This document shows, one piece after another, positions 10,703 to 19,790 of a stretch of DNA of 64,000 nt. The stretch is from Candidatus Parcubacteria bacterium (GTDB taxonomy: Bacteria; Patescibacteriota; Minisyncoccia; UBA6257; 2-01-FULL-56-20). The stretch lies in assembly GCA_027355945.1 (NCBI GenBank), contig DAIEHA010000002.1:15071-79070 (forward strand), in the 5' to 3' direction. Below the pieces are notes generated by a model. The model worked only from the letters and a program-made list of their open reading frames with translations, ran no database searches and was not told where the DNA came from. Made by a program: the position numbers and the translations under genes. Position 1 is the stretch's first letter; the number at the start of each line of letters is the position of its first letter.

Positions 10703-11575
10703 TTAAGAAGTTTCGCGAGCTGTTTCCGCGATTCGTTCTGCGGCAAGTACTTCGCGCGCGGTGAAGATGAACGCGGGCACTGCGACGAGTAGCATGAAAA
10801 AGGTGATAAGCACGTATCCTGCATCCACTGGAAGATTGCGATCGAGGCCGAGAAGCGTGATGATGCCAAACACGCCGAAGAGGATCCCTCCGAAGAACAG
10901 CGTGCGTCCGCCGGTCTTCGCACCGATCTGCTGGATGGCGCGCTCGCTCAGGCGGAACCATCGGAGTGATGCGCCAAAGAGGTATCCTATGACGACGAGT
11001 GCGATCATGGTCCCGATCCCGAAAACGAGCCCCGGCAGAAATCCAAGCCATGGGCTTCGCATCGCCGGCGCAGCGATGGTGTTCACGAAAAGCGAGAATC
11101 CGCCGAGACCGAACCCGGCGATGAAACCGTGGATCATCGTCCAGCGGATGGGGGGCACGCCCTTATCGCCGGATGGCGTTTCGTGATGGTGCGCTGAGAG
11201 CAATCCGCTGACCGATCTTCCCATCTCCGCTTCGCTCTTATGATGATGGCCGAGAAGATGCAAATGGATGTACCGATTCTTGCCGATGACGAAGAAGCCC
11301 GCAGCGGACATCGCGATGCCCACCACGAGATATACGATACCGTTAATATCCGGGTTGAGGAGGAACGGGGCGAGCGCAAGATAGGCGATCTCCGAGAGGA
11401 GCATCCGTTGTACCGTGAATGCGGCGGAAAAGAAAAGACCCGCCTTCATTCCCTCGCGTCCGCTTGCCCCCCCGACCGCATAGCTGAACGTGATCGGCCA
11501 TGTGTGCTCGTCCGGCAGCACGCCATGGAGGATGCCGAAGAAGAAGGAATAGATTACCGCAGTGAGGGGGGTCAT
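10703..11575 (-). CDS. Putative Ni/Co transporter (UreH/RcnA/NiCoT-like)
   Basis: GILHGVLPDEH motif in the first TM region, His-rich loop, about seven TMs. Confidence 0.7.
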   Translation of the reverse strand: MTPLTAVIYSFFFGILHGVLPDEHTWPITFSYAVGGASGREGMKAGLFFSAAFTVQRMLLSEIAYLALAPFLLNPDINGIVYLVVGIAMSAAGFFVIGKNRYIHLHLLGHHHKSEAEMGRSVSGLLSAHHHETPSGDKGVPPIRWTMIHGFIAGFGLGGFSLFVNTIAAPAMRSPWLGFLPGLVFGIGTMIALVVIGYLFGASLRWFRLSERAIQQIGAKTGGRTLFFGGILFGVFGIITLLGLDRNLPVDAGYVLITFFMLLVAVPAFIFTAREVLAAERIAETARETS

Positions 11576-11866
11576 ATCGTATGTGTATCGGTGCGAAGGA
11601 AGGTGATGCGATTCTCTCGCCGACCTACGCGGGACATATGCTTATGGTAGTCTCGCAGAGTGCAAAGTCAAATAATCGTACTCATAAGGATACAAGGAAG
11701 GAACTTCGCCTTGATCGGCGCGCAACCTTTTAATCGCAATGCGCTCTGCGGATGATATCGCACGGCTCTTTTCCTTTGAAAACGATCACGATCTTTTATA
11801 TGAAAAAACGGCGATCGCGTTGTGAGCAAATCGCCGCCGATGATGACGCATCTTCGAAAGATCCCG

Positions 11867-12262
11867 TTAGTCGACGGGGATCTCCAGGAAGTGCAGGCGC
11901 CTTCTCCGGAAGGAATATGCAATGGATCTGCCGCTCCTGTCGATGGTGATATTGGTCAGCGTGCCTTCCCGACCGCTTATCAGGTTTCTGAGCCGAGCAG
12001 CTTTCTGCTCCGAGGGCGCAATGATGGCGACCCCGTCCACTTCAAGGATCCTGTCCCCAGCTTCGATGATGCCCGCAGCCGGAGTGTTGGGCTGGACCTT
12101 GGTTACGAAGAGGCCGTATCCATGGTCAACCGGACGAATATCGATGAAGACACCGATGCCCATCTGATCGAGCAGGCCGACTTTCGCAGCAACGAGGATC
12201 AAGGGTATTGCGATGTACGCAAGTACGCATGCGCCAATGATATACGGAACTGCGCTGTTCAT
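11867..12262 (-). CDS. Membrane-anchored PDZ-domain protein
   Basis: N-terminal TM, GIGV, VTKVQPNTPAAG, GDRILEVDG. Confidence 0.75.
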   Translation of the reverse strand: MNSAVPYIIGACVLAYIAIPLILVAAKVGLLDQMGIGVFIDIRPVDHGYGLFVTKVQPNTPAAGIIEAGDRILEVDGVAIIAPSEQKAARLRNLISGREGTLTNITIDRSGRSIAYSFRRRRLHFLEIPVD

Positions 12263-12576
12263 GAGATCCCCTTTCTTTGGGTTGCGATTTTTCCGAGGCT
12301 TCGGGAAGCATAGCAATGTTTTTCTTGTTTGAAAAGCCGTCAATGTCGGCAAAATAGGCGTTCGTATCATATCCGCACCTTTATCCGCAGATGGCGATCC
12401 GCGCCCTCCTTCTCGGCGAACGAAGCGTCGGGCGCAACCATATCCTCGGCAGCACCGCTCGTCGCGACCGGACCGCTCGCGCCATAAGTACGGTCCATGA
12501 ATGGGAGGTTTTTACTCGCAGAGAATGCGGAAGATATAAAGGGATTGAGAGTGCGGTATGCTCAAAACCCAACAAG

Positions 12577-12607
12577 GGGTGCCCGGGTGGAGGAAGTCAG
12601 GACCTGT
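12577..12607 (+). repeat. att-like repeat 1
   Basis: GGGTGCCCGGGTGGAGGAAGTCAGGACCTGT; 25/31 identical to copies 2 and 3, no gaps. Confidence 0.8.
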
Positions 12608-12617
12608 TTCAGAGAGT

Positions 12618-13073
12618 TTAGCGCAATTGTTCCCAATATCCTTTTTCCCTAACCTTCGCTTCTATTTTCGCTTTCAGTACTGTGATATCCATAGAATCCG
12701 GAGACGGAGATGCCTCCTGTTCTGCGAGAGATGCCCGAAGAGAATCAATTTCTTTTTCAAGCGCTTCAAATTTATTACGCCGGGATGCGTCGCGATCCTC
12801 CCTCTCTTTACGAGACGCCAACCATTGATTGACTTCGAGATCCGTTTCAAGTGCTTTTTCGTGCGCGACATCAACTGGGGAGATTTTTCTCTCGAAGAGC
12901 TTTCCGGAGAGTGCTCTATCGAGAAATCCGCTGCCGTTCTTGAGATCGGCACGGAATTTGAATTCCTCATCGGATTCTTTGCGTGAACGCTGCATGCGGG
13001 CTTGCCAGGACTCCTCGCTTTCGTTGGTATGTTTCCAACTTTCCGATCCGCCCATAGGAAAATTTTGGGACAT
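12618..13073 (-). CDS. Hypothetical charged/coiled-coil protein (cassette 1)
   Basis: 151-aa ORF filling the space between att-like repeats 1 and 2. Confidence 0.7.
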   Translation of the reverse strand: MSQNFPMGGSESWKHTNESEESWQARMQRSRKESDEEFKFRADLKNGSGFLDRALSGKLFERKISPVDVAHEKALETDLEVNQWLASRKEREDRDASRRNKFEALEKEIDSLRASLAEQEASPSPDSMDITVLKAKIEAKVREKGYWEQLR

Positions 13074-13200
13074 AATAAAATCATATCATAAGGTCAAACT
13101 TCCTTTAGGGATATATCAAATCAGCCCCATAAAATTTATCCAAAAAATCGCTGGATCAGAGGGGTGTGCCCGAACCATCGGTTCAAATAAGAACCACTTT

Positions 13201-13231
13201 GGGTGCCTTAGTGGAGGAAGCCGGGACTTGT
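13201..13231 (+). repeat. att-like repeat 2
   Basis: GGGTGCCTTAGTGGAGGAAGCCGGGACTTGT. Confidence 0.8.
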
Positions 13232-13273
13232 CTGATGAGTGGATGACGAAAAGGAGGACCTCAAGCAGGAGTT

Positions 13274-14194
13274 CTATGGGGTGATGCTAAACGGAGAGCT
13301 GAATGCGTTTGTAGCGCCATAGCCAACCACCACTTCATAGTTATTACCAGGGGGAACATTGGACGGCACTGTCCAGAGATAATTTCCTACATAGCTCCCC
13401 GTCGATGCCGGAGCATCGCTCACTATTCCGTATTGGTCGCCACTCGACGCATTTATGAGATTGATCGAAACAGTGGTCAGGCCGGAGGAGTTCCATGAGA
13501 TTCTTTCCTTTTCCCCCACCCTCCATAGCGACCCCTGGATCGGCGAGACTATCTGGATCGAGGCCTTTGATTGTGACGCATTCTTTGTGGAACCGGAGGG
13601 CGTTGTTACCGCAGGGAGGGTTGTCGAAGAAGAGGTGGCAATACTCGGTAGGATACCTCCCGAACTCGTTGTGTTTGTGGAAGATGTCGCGAGGGGATTC
13701 GCATATTCTTGAGCGATTTTTTGCTCTTGTTGCTGTGCGTATTGATTTTGTTGTCCAGTTACATAGAAACTTATCGCAAAATAAAGGGCGCACAGAACGA
13801 ATGTCGCTATGATTTTGAAGGCAACACTACTGCCGAGACGATCGGAAAAATCATCATGATTTTTCTCCGGTGGCAACGGATCGTCGCCGTATTGATTTGG
13901 GCCCGCTGTCCCAGACCGAAGGAGAAGGCCCAGAAGGAGATAGACATTGAAGACAGGGACGAGCATGGCGAGCACATACAAGCCTGATTTCCCGAGGTCG
14001 TGGAAGCGTCGGAAGGTTATAAAGATCGTAAAAATAAAAACGACGATATAAAAAAGGGATGCAACAAGCCCCGCTACAATAAAATTGGGAATAAGAACGG
14101 AAGAAATCAAATAAATACCGCCTGTAGCAACAACGGCCAATGCGACGCTCCAAATAAGGAAACGCAAACGGCCGATTCGACCTCCAATTTCCAT
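13274..14194 (-). CDS. DUF805 membrane protein fused to S/T-rich linker and Ig-like (Kre9/KNH-like) domain (cassette 2)
   Basis: GRIGRLRF, RRFHDLGKSG, GTAGPNQYG; C-terminal ISWNSSG...YLWTVP. Confidence 0.85.
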   Translation of the reverse strand: MEIGGRIGRLRFLIWSVALAVVATGGIYLISSVLIPNFIVAGLVASLFYIVVFIFTIFITFRRFHDLGKSGLYVLAMLVPVFNVYLLLGLLLRSGTAGPNQYGDDPLPPEKNHDDFSDRLGSSVAFKIIATFVLCALYFAISFYVTGQQNQYAQQQEQKIAQEYANPLATSSTNTTSSGGILPSIATSSSTTLPAVTTPSGSTKNASQSKASIQIVSPIQGSLWRVGEKERISWNSSGLTTVSINLINASSGDQYGIVSDAPASTGSYVGNYLWTVPSNVPPGNNYEVVVGYGATNAFSSPFSITP

Positions 14195-14315
14195 GTTTTT
14201 ATTATAGCAAACGCCCTCGCCGAAAATTTTGCCCTACGCCGCATTTTTACTTATCGGTCCAAACTTGCATCAGGGTCCTCCCTGTAAGTCCCCTACAACC
14301 CATCGAATTTTGGGT

Positions 14316-14346
14316 GGGTGCCTTGATGAAGGAGGTCAGAACCTGT
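14316..14346 (+). repeat. att-like repeat 3
   Basis: GGGTGCCTTGATGAAGGAGGTCAGAACCTGT. Confidence 0.8.
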
Positions 14347-14378
14347 TCGGTGAGATAAATCCCTCTTTTGGAGAAAAT

Positions 14379-14403
14379 AAAATACCCGCCAAGCGGGTAT
14401 TTT
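14379..14403 (-). terminator. Intrinsic terminator of the 14412-14753 gene
   Basis: AAAATACCCGC-CAA-GCGGGTATTTT. Confidence 0.7.
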
Positions 14404-14411
14404 ATTGCTTA

Positions 14412-14753
14412 TTACTTTGTGCTCGTTGCTTGCGGGGCATTTTGATAATATCCTCGCATCATGCCGCCGGGCCCGTAATAATAGGTCGGGGCTCCCGCAG
14501 ACTGGGTGGGAGCCGCGTTTTGGCTCTGATAGTAATATCCACCCATCATCGGCATATAGCCGTAGGGATAAGGAGAGCCGCCATAATAGCCATTTTCCAT
14601 CATGCCGGGCCACATGCCATATCCGTAATAGCCAAGGGTAGTTTTGAACTCACCCACTTTGACGCCCATACAGAAGACCACGATCAAGATAAGAATGCCG
14701 AGGACCCAGCGAAGCAATTTATGATGACCGTCTTCGTGCGTATGTTCTTCCAT
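14412..14753 (-). CDS. Single-TM protein with His-rich N-terminus and Met/Tyr/Gly-rich tail
   Basis: MEEHTHEDGHH, one TM, GMM repeats; divergent from csoR. Confidence 0.75.
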   Translation of the reverse strand: MEEHTHEDGHHKLLRWVLGILILIVVFCMGVKVGEFKTTLGYYGYGMWPGMMENGYYGGSPYPYGYMPMMGGYYYQSQNAAPTQSAGAPTYYYGPGGMMRGYYQNAPQATSTK

Positions 14754-14806
14754 AGTAATTAATTTTTTGTTGGCGACCTTTATCCTAAGACGACAGTACA
14801 TTATGT

Positions 14807-14834
14807 ATAATACCCCTATAGGGTATACTGTCAA
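14807..14834 (-). promoter_or_regulatory. Sigma70 promoter with CsoR-type operator (leftward)
   Basis: TTGACA on minus strand at 14829-14834, followed by palindrome TACCCCTATAGGGTA (14811-14825). Confidence 0.75.
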
Positions 14835-14843
14835 ATACTCAAT

Positions 14844-14873
14844 TTGACACGCGATACCCAGTGGGGGTATCAT
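14844..14873 (+). promoter_or_regulatory. csoR promoter with CsoR-type operator
   Basis: TTGACA-18 nt-TATCAT enclosing GATACCCAGTGGGGGTATC (14853-14871). Confidence 0.85.
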
Positions 14874-14879
14874 AAGGAT

Positions 14880-15149
14880 ATGGATAAGGTAATAAAGAAA
14901 AAAGCCTTACGAAGGCTTCAGATCGTAAAGGGGCAGATCAAAGGCCTCGAAAAAATGATCGACGATGAAAAGTATTGCATCGACGTTATTACACAATCAT
15001 CCGCTATCAAGCAGGCTCTTTCTGGCGTTGAAGATCTTTTATTAGAGAACCATCTTGCTACACATGTGGCGATGCAAATGAAGAGCGGAGAAAGTAAGAA
15101 GGCGACCGCAGAGATGGTAAAAGTATATAAGCTATCAAAGCGAATATAA
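14880..15149 (+). CDS. csoR: CsoR/RcnR-family metal-sensing repressor
   Basis: RRLQIVKGQIKGLEKMI, YCIDVITQ, LLENHLATH. Confidence 0.92.
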   Translation: MDKVIKKKALRRLQIVKGQIKGLEKMIDDEKYCIDVITQSSAIKQALSGVEDLLLENHLATHVAMQMKSGESKKATAEMVKVYKLSKRI

Positions 15150-15150
15150 T

Positions 15151-15564
15151 ATGAGATCAGTGCTTGCGATCGTGATTATGGTGGCTGCGATCTTCGCTCT
15201 CGTGGCGGGTAGTTTCGCCATGGTCAATATGGGATCCGGCAGTCATACAAACTGTCTTGCGGCGATTCCCGGGAGTCCAAAATGTCTTGGAAGGATGGAT
15301 CTGTTTCAATTCGCAATAACGCATATTAGTACACTCCTCGGCATATCGCTCGGGATCGTCAGTCCAATAACAGCTTTTCTCTTGGCTGCGTTCGCAGTGC
15401 TCGTATGGATCGCAGTTTCTAATTCGTTCAACTTACTGTTGGGTTCCTTGGGCTATTCAAGGGTTTTTATTGAGGCAGAAATAGGTAGCGCTCGTAAGCA
15501 ACACCACTGGATCTCCCTTCTTGAGAAACGCGATCCGTCTTCGTCTTGCGCTATGAACGTCTAA
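15151..15564 (+). CDS. Hypothetical membrane protein with Cys pair
   Basis: Two hydrophobic segments, HTNC...KC; directly follows csoR. Confidence 0.7.
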   Translation: MRSVLAIVIMVAAIFALVAGSFAMVNMGSGSHTNCLAAIPGSPKCLGRMDLFQFAITHISTLLGISLGIVSPITAFLLAAFAVLVWIAVSNSFNLLLGSLGYSRVFIEAEIGSARKQHHWISLLEKRDPSSSCAMNV

Positions 15565-15822
15565 GCGAATCAATCTCGCCGCGTCGTTTATAGCGCCCCA
15601 AACCGCATCCCTGCGGTTTTTTCGTTGCACATAAATTCATCGGTCTATTGCCATGCATAAAAGCAAAAAGGTCGTTATCAGTAAAACAGAGCCATTCTTC
15701 ATCATCCTGACACTTGTCGGTGCGTTCGCGTTGTTTACATAGCAAACGTTGCGGATGGCGCAATATCACATGAGTGCGCCCCCTCTCCAGTAAAGCACTA
15801 CCACTATAATCTCCCAATCCAA

Positions 15823-16314
15823 ATGAATAGAAAACCAACGTTAGAAGAGTTCCTTAAAAAAATTGAATCAACAAAAGAAAAGGCGGGCGTTGATCTGTCG
15901 ACGGCTGAAGATCTGAGCATCGCAGTCATGAACCTCATAAGCCTCGAAGAGCATTTTTTCTTCACGGGAATAAAAACGAAAAAAGATGAGTACTTCGACA
16001 CAGTGCAAGAGATCCGGGAGTTGCGTAAACAATTTCTCACGCAATTAATGCCTAAGCACGAAGGGGAAACGTGGTGCATCTCAAAACATCTTCTTTCCGC
16101 CACGATGCGCCTTATTGAAGTGGGCAATAAGTTGCAATCGGAAGGCATAAAAGAAAAAGCGAAGCAAACATTTGAAGGAGCCTATAAGGTCTACTCGATC
16201 TTTTGGGCCCTCAAATTGGATCTCGTTAATGGCAGCGAGATTAAGGAAGCGGCAAGGGGCGGCTCCGACTTAGAAACAATTATCGCTAAGATGGCCGATT
16301 GCTGCAATGAATAG
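15823..16314 (+). CDS. Hypothetical helical protein ending in DCCNE
   Basis: LISLEEH and WCISKH motifs, C-terminal Cys pair. Confidence 0.8.
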   Translation: MNRKPTLEEFLKKIESTKEKAGVDLSTAEDLSIAVMNLISLEEHFFFTGIKTKKDEYFDTVQEIRELRKQFLTQLMPKHEGETWCISKHLLSATMRLIEVGNKLQSEGIKEKAKQTFEGAYKVYSIFWALKLDLVNGSEIKEAARGGSDLETIIAKMADCCNE

Positions 16315-16331
16315 TAACAACGATAAATAAA

Positions 16332-17297
16332 ATGGAACACGAAACACATCATCACGAACAAGAAACAGAGTTAATGGAAGAGCTTCTTCCGGAGACGGTG
16401 GTAAAAAGCCATAAAAAAGACTTGTTCTTACCACTCAGTATTCTTGCAGTAGCACTGCTTATCGCTTCAGCATTCGTCTATCTTGGCAATCAGAGAACGG
16501 CATCGGGGCGCAGCACTCCTATACAAAATATCTCAGCCGCTACATTGCAGGAAAAGGTAATTCCGGCAAACGGCGTGATATTGCCGGTTCGCTGGGGCGA
16601 TCTCGGGAGGCAGCTTGTATCGGCGGGTGTCATTAATGAGCCGCAATTCCTCGCGCTCTATGCGCAGCGCGGGGGGTTATCGCCCGACATGAAGGCGCTT
16701 CTTGATAATGCAGATAATGGGAATCTCATTATTACATTGCAAAATTCCGGCACCATATTAAATCTTTTATGGGCGCTTGGCCTTGGGAACAATAATCCAA
16801 TCCTTACGAGCGGGCCCATGGAGAATCCTCAATACGGAGGCGCAAAGAACTTTGCTTCGACTGGCGGTTGGACGCTTTCAGTCGGCAATGCGATGAACCA
16901 TTATAGCGCTCATTCGTTCGTAACGCTTACCGCCGATCAGCAAGCACGTGTGGTGCGTGTCGCACAAAACATCTATCGCCCGTGCTGCGGAAACTCCACG
17001 TTATTCCCGGATTGCAATCATGGCATGGCGATGCTTGGACTCCTTGAGCTCATGGCATCGCAGGGCGTTTCGGAAGCGGACATGTACAAGGCCGCGCTCG
17101 CGGTGAATTCGTATTGGTTCCCTGATACCTATCTCACACTTGCAACCTACTTCCAAAGCCAGGGCGTCGATTGGAGTGCTGTCGACTCAAAGACGGTGCT
17201 TGGTGCTGGATATTCAAGTGCTCAAGGATACCAGCAGATAGTAAATAAAATAACTCCAGTGCAGGCGCAATCGTCGGGCGGCTGCGGGGTGCAATAA
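16332..17297 (+). CDS. Membrane-anchored protein with PCC...DCNH motif (PCYCGC-like) and GGCGV tail
   Basis: His-rich N-terminus, TM, YRPCCGNSTLFPDCNHG. Confidence 0.85.
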   Translation: MEHETHHHEQETELMEELLPETVVKSHKKDLFLPLSILAVALLIASAFVYLGNQRTASGRSTPIQNISAATLQEKVIPANGVILPVRWGDLGRQLVSAGVINEPQFLALYAQRGGLSPDMKALLDNADNGNLIITLQNSGTILNLLWALGLGNNNPILTSGPMENPQYGGAKNFASTGGWTLSVGNAMNHYSAHSFVTLTADQQARVVRVAQNIYRPCCGNSTLFPDCNHGMAMLGLLELMASQGVSEADMYKAALAVNSYWFPDTYLTLATYFQSQGVDWSAVDSKTVLGAGYSSAQGYQQIVNKITPVQAQSSGGCGVQ

Positions 17298-17313
17298 CCA
17301 AAATTGAAATCTT

Positions 17314-17505
17314 ATGAAATCAACGAATGACAATTTCTGGTTATTCATAAGCATCGGATTGTTTGTAATCATCGTCGGAACTGCGGGAGCTTATGCATTT
17401 CGGTCATTCAGTACGAATGCCGTATCACAAGAGAACGCCACTGTCGTTGCGCCATCACAAACCCAAACACCTTCATCCGGCCAAAGCGGCGGATGTGGGG
17501 TCTAA
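17314..17505 (+). CDS. Small single-TM protein ending in QSGGCGV
   Basis: 63 aa, TM helix, C-terminus similar to that of the upstream gene. Confidence 0.7.
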   Translation: MKSTNDNFWLFISIGLFVIIVGTAGAYAFRSFSTNAVSQENATVVAPSQTQTPSSGQSGGCGV

Positions 17506-17510
17506 TCGCT

Positions 17511-18374
17511 ATGGAAACAATAATCAGTACATCACTCATTGCGGCATTTATCGCAGGCATCGCGGCCTTGTTCGCGCCATGCTGCGTTACGGTGCTTCTG
17601 CCCGCATACTTCGGTTCGATCTTTCGCACGAGGCGGAAGGTGTTCCTCATGACATTCATTTTCTTCCTCGGCATCTTGACCGTATTCCTTCCGTTAGGAC
17701 TCGGTTTCTCGATGCTTGGACAGGTGTTCAGTCGTTATCATCGCGAGATCTTCACGGTCATTGGTATGGTACTTTTCGCTTTGGGAATCTCACTTCTCTT
17801 AGGAAAGAGGCTCCCTATGCCGAAATCAATGCGCCTCAAACCGGAACTCACTGGAAATGAGAACGCTGGATCAGTGTATCTTCTTGGCATCTTCTCCGGC
17901 ATCGCAACCACTTGTTGTGCGCCGGTACTCGCGGGAGCGCTCGCGCTTTCGGTGTTGCCGGGTTCGTTCATCTGGGGAATTATCTACACACTCGCCTACG
18001 TGCTCGGCATGGTGACCCCACTCTTTGTCCTTGCGGCAGCACTTGACCGGACCAAGATGTCCGAACGTCTCCTTGGCGTGCGGAAGCCGTTGGAATTCAC
18101 GCTATTCGGAAAGGCCATTCGCATGAGGATCTCCGACCTCCTTGCGGGACTGACTTTCTCGATCATGGGAGCACTCACGCTCTACTGGGCATCGATGAAT
18201 CAGGTTGCCGTGCATTCGATGTTGCAAGTGAATATCAACATCTATCTCACGCAGCTGAATAATTTCCTTACCCCCTATATCGGGTGGGTGCCGCAATACG
18301 CGTGGGCGGTCATGTTCGTCGGACTCCTCGTAGCGCTCGTGGTGCTTGCTCTCAAGCAATTCAAAAAGGACTGA
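17511..18374 (+). CDS. CcdA/DsbD-type transmembrane thiol-electron transporter
   Basis: AFIAGIAALFAPCC, TTCCAPVL, YVLGMVTPL. Confidence 0.88.
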   Translation: METIISTSLIAAFIAGIAALFAPCCVTVLLPAYFGSIFRTRRKVFLMTFIFFLGILTVFLPLGLGFSMLGQVFSRYHREIFTVIGMVLFALGISLLLGKRLPMPKSMRLKPELTGNENAGSVYLLGIFSGIATTCCAPVLAGALALSVLPGSFIWGIIYTLAYVLGMVTPLFVLAAALDRTKMSERLLGVRKPLEFTLFGKAIRMRISDLLAGLTFSIMGALTLYWASMNQVAVHSMLQVNINIYLTQLNNFLTPYIGWVPQYAWAVMFVGLLVALVVLALKQFKKD

Positions 18375-18392
18375 TTAAAAAAACATAAAACC

Positions 18393-19013
18393 ATGAAAAA
18401 AAATACATCAAACGGTACTATGGCGGTTAAAGTGATCGGCATTTTTGCTATCTCGATATTTATCCTCGGAGGTATCGCTCTACTCAGTTATGAGAACAGC
18501 GACGCAGCACCTCAGGCGGGCGCCACAGGGTCTGGTAGCTTCGGCAGTGCACTCATCGGCAAGCCCGCGCCGCAATTTTCGCTGAAAGATCGCAACGAAG
18601 TCACATACACCCCAGATAGTTTGAAAGGAAAGAATGTGATTCTTTTCTTTAACGAGGGAATTATGTGCTATCCCGCATGCTGGAATCAGATGGTCGCGCT
18701 CGCGACGGATCCTCGGTTTCAAACATCCGATACGATCGCGCTTTCCATCGTGATCGACTCTCCGGATCAATGGCAGTCGGCGATCCAGAAAATGCCGGAC
18801 CTTGGGAAGGCAACCGTTCTCTTTGACACCGATAAATCCATTTCGCAGGAATACGGGATGCTCACCGCACTATCTTCGATGCATTACGGTTCCTACCCAG
18901 GTCATTCGTTCGTGATCCTCGACAAACAAGGGATCGTCCGCTTCGTCTATGATGACCCAGCTATGGGCATTGATGACGATCGTATCGCGGCCGATCTCCA
19001 AACGTTGAAATAG
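18393..19013 (+). CDS. Membrane-anchored thioredoxin-fold redoxin with CxxxC motif (AhpC/TSA or SCO-like)
   Basis: GKPAPQFSL, LKGKNVILFF, CYPAC, HSFVILDKQG. Confidence 0.85.
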   Translation: MKKNTSNGTMAVKVIGIFAISIFILGGIALLSYENSDAAPQAGATGSGSFGSALIGKPAPQFSLKDRNEVTYTPDSLKGKNVILFFNEGIMCYPACWNQMVALATDPRFQTSDTIALSIVIDSPDQWQSAIQKMPDLGKATVLFDTDKSISQEYGMLTALSSMHYGSYPGHSFVILDKQGIVRFVYDDPAMGIDDDRIAADLQTLK

Positions 19014-19014
19014 C

Positions 19015-19464
19015 ATGCATAGACCGATCACGAAATCCTTTATCGGAGGGTCTATTGCGACGGGCACGCTCATCGCGGCATATTTCGCAATCGTTTCCCT
19101 CATATCGGGATTTGCATTCGCCGGAAGTCAGTTTGTGGAATTCTGGTTCTACTTCGTGGGATTGGCACTCGGCTTCGGCATTCAGATCGGGCTTTACATC
19201 TATCTGAAGCAACTGGTCCGTGGCGCAAGCGGCGGGCCAGTGGTGGCGGTGACGGGGATGACCTCGACCGCCGCCATGGTTGCGTGCTGCACCCACTATC
19301 TCGTGAACATTCTGCCAATTCTTGGAATAAGCGCCTTCGCCTCATTTGTCGGCGAATATCAGGTTCAGTTCTTTTGGGTTGGTATCGCATTCAATCTTGT
19401 GGGTATCGTCTATATTGCAAGTCGAGTTATAAAAGTCAGGGGGAATATGCAGCACATTGCATGA
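19015..19464 (+). CDS. Four-TM membrane protein with ACCxH motif
   Basis: AMVACCTH in a hydrophobic protein, reminiscent of small heavy-metal membrane proteins. Confidence 0.75.
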   Translation: MHRPITKSFIGGSIATGTLIAAYFAIVSLISGFAFAGSQFVEFWFYFVGLALGFGIQIGLYIYLKQLVRGASGGPVVAVTGMTSTAAMVACCTHYLVNILPILGISAFASFVGEYQVQFFWVGIAFNLVGIVYIASRVIKVRGNMQHIA

Positions 19465-19748
19465 ACAAATCAAATCTTGCATGGACTGTCCTCTGTGAAG
19501 CACAGAAAGAACATACGCTTGCAATCGCGGGGCCGTATGCCCGCATTCGTCATCCACAATACATGGCATTCATACTTGTTATGCTTGGGTTCCTGTTTCA
19601 GTGGCCGACCATTCTCACGCTTGCTATGTTTCCGGTACTTCTGTGGATGTATGTGCATCTCGCGCGAACCGAAGAGAGAGAAGCGCAAGCGATCTTTGGC
19701 GTGGAATGGAATGCATATGCGGCGCAAACACCCGCGTTCATTCCCTAA
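19461..19748 (+). pseudogene. Isoprenylcysteine carboxyl methyltransferase-family fragment (N-terminally truncated)
   Basis: GPYARIRHPQY and EE...FG..W..Y....PAFIP present, but only 95 aa. Confidence 0.65.
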
Positions 19749-19790
19749 TGGAAACGAAACAATAAATCATTGAAATAAAAATCAACACCT

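Noticed and set aside
12577-14346. 31-bp repeats as a CRISPR array
   Set aside because: Spacing is 0.6-1.1 kb with whole genes between, the repeats are degenerate, and no cas genes are present.
12577-14346. Classical integron attC sites
   Set aside because: No RYYYAAC...GTTRRRY palindromic structure and no IntI nearby.
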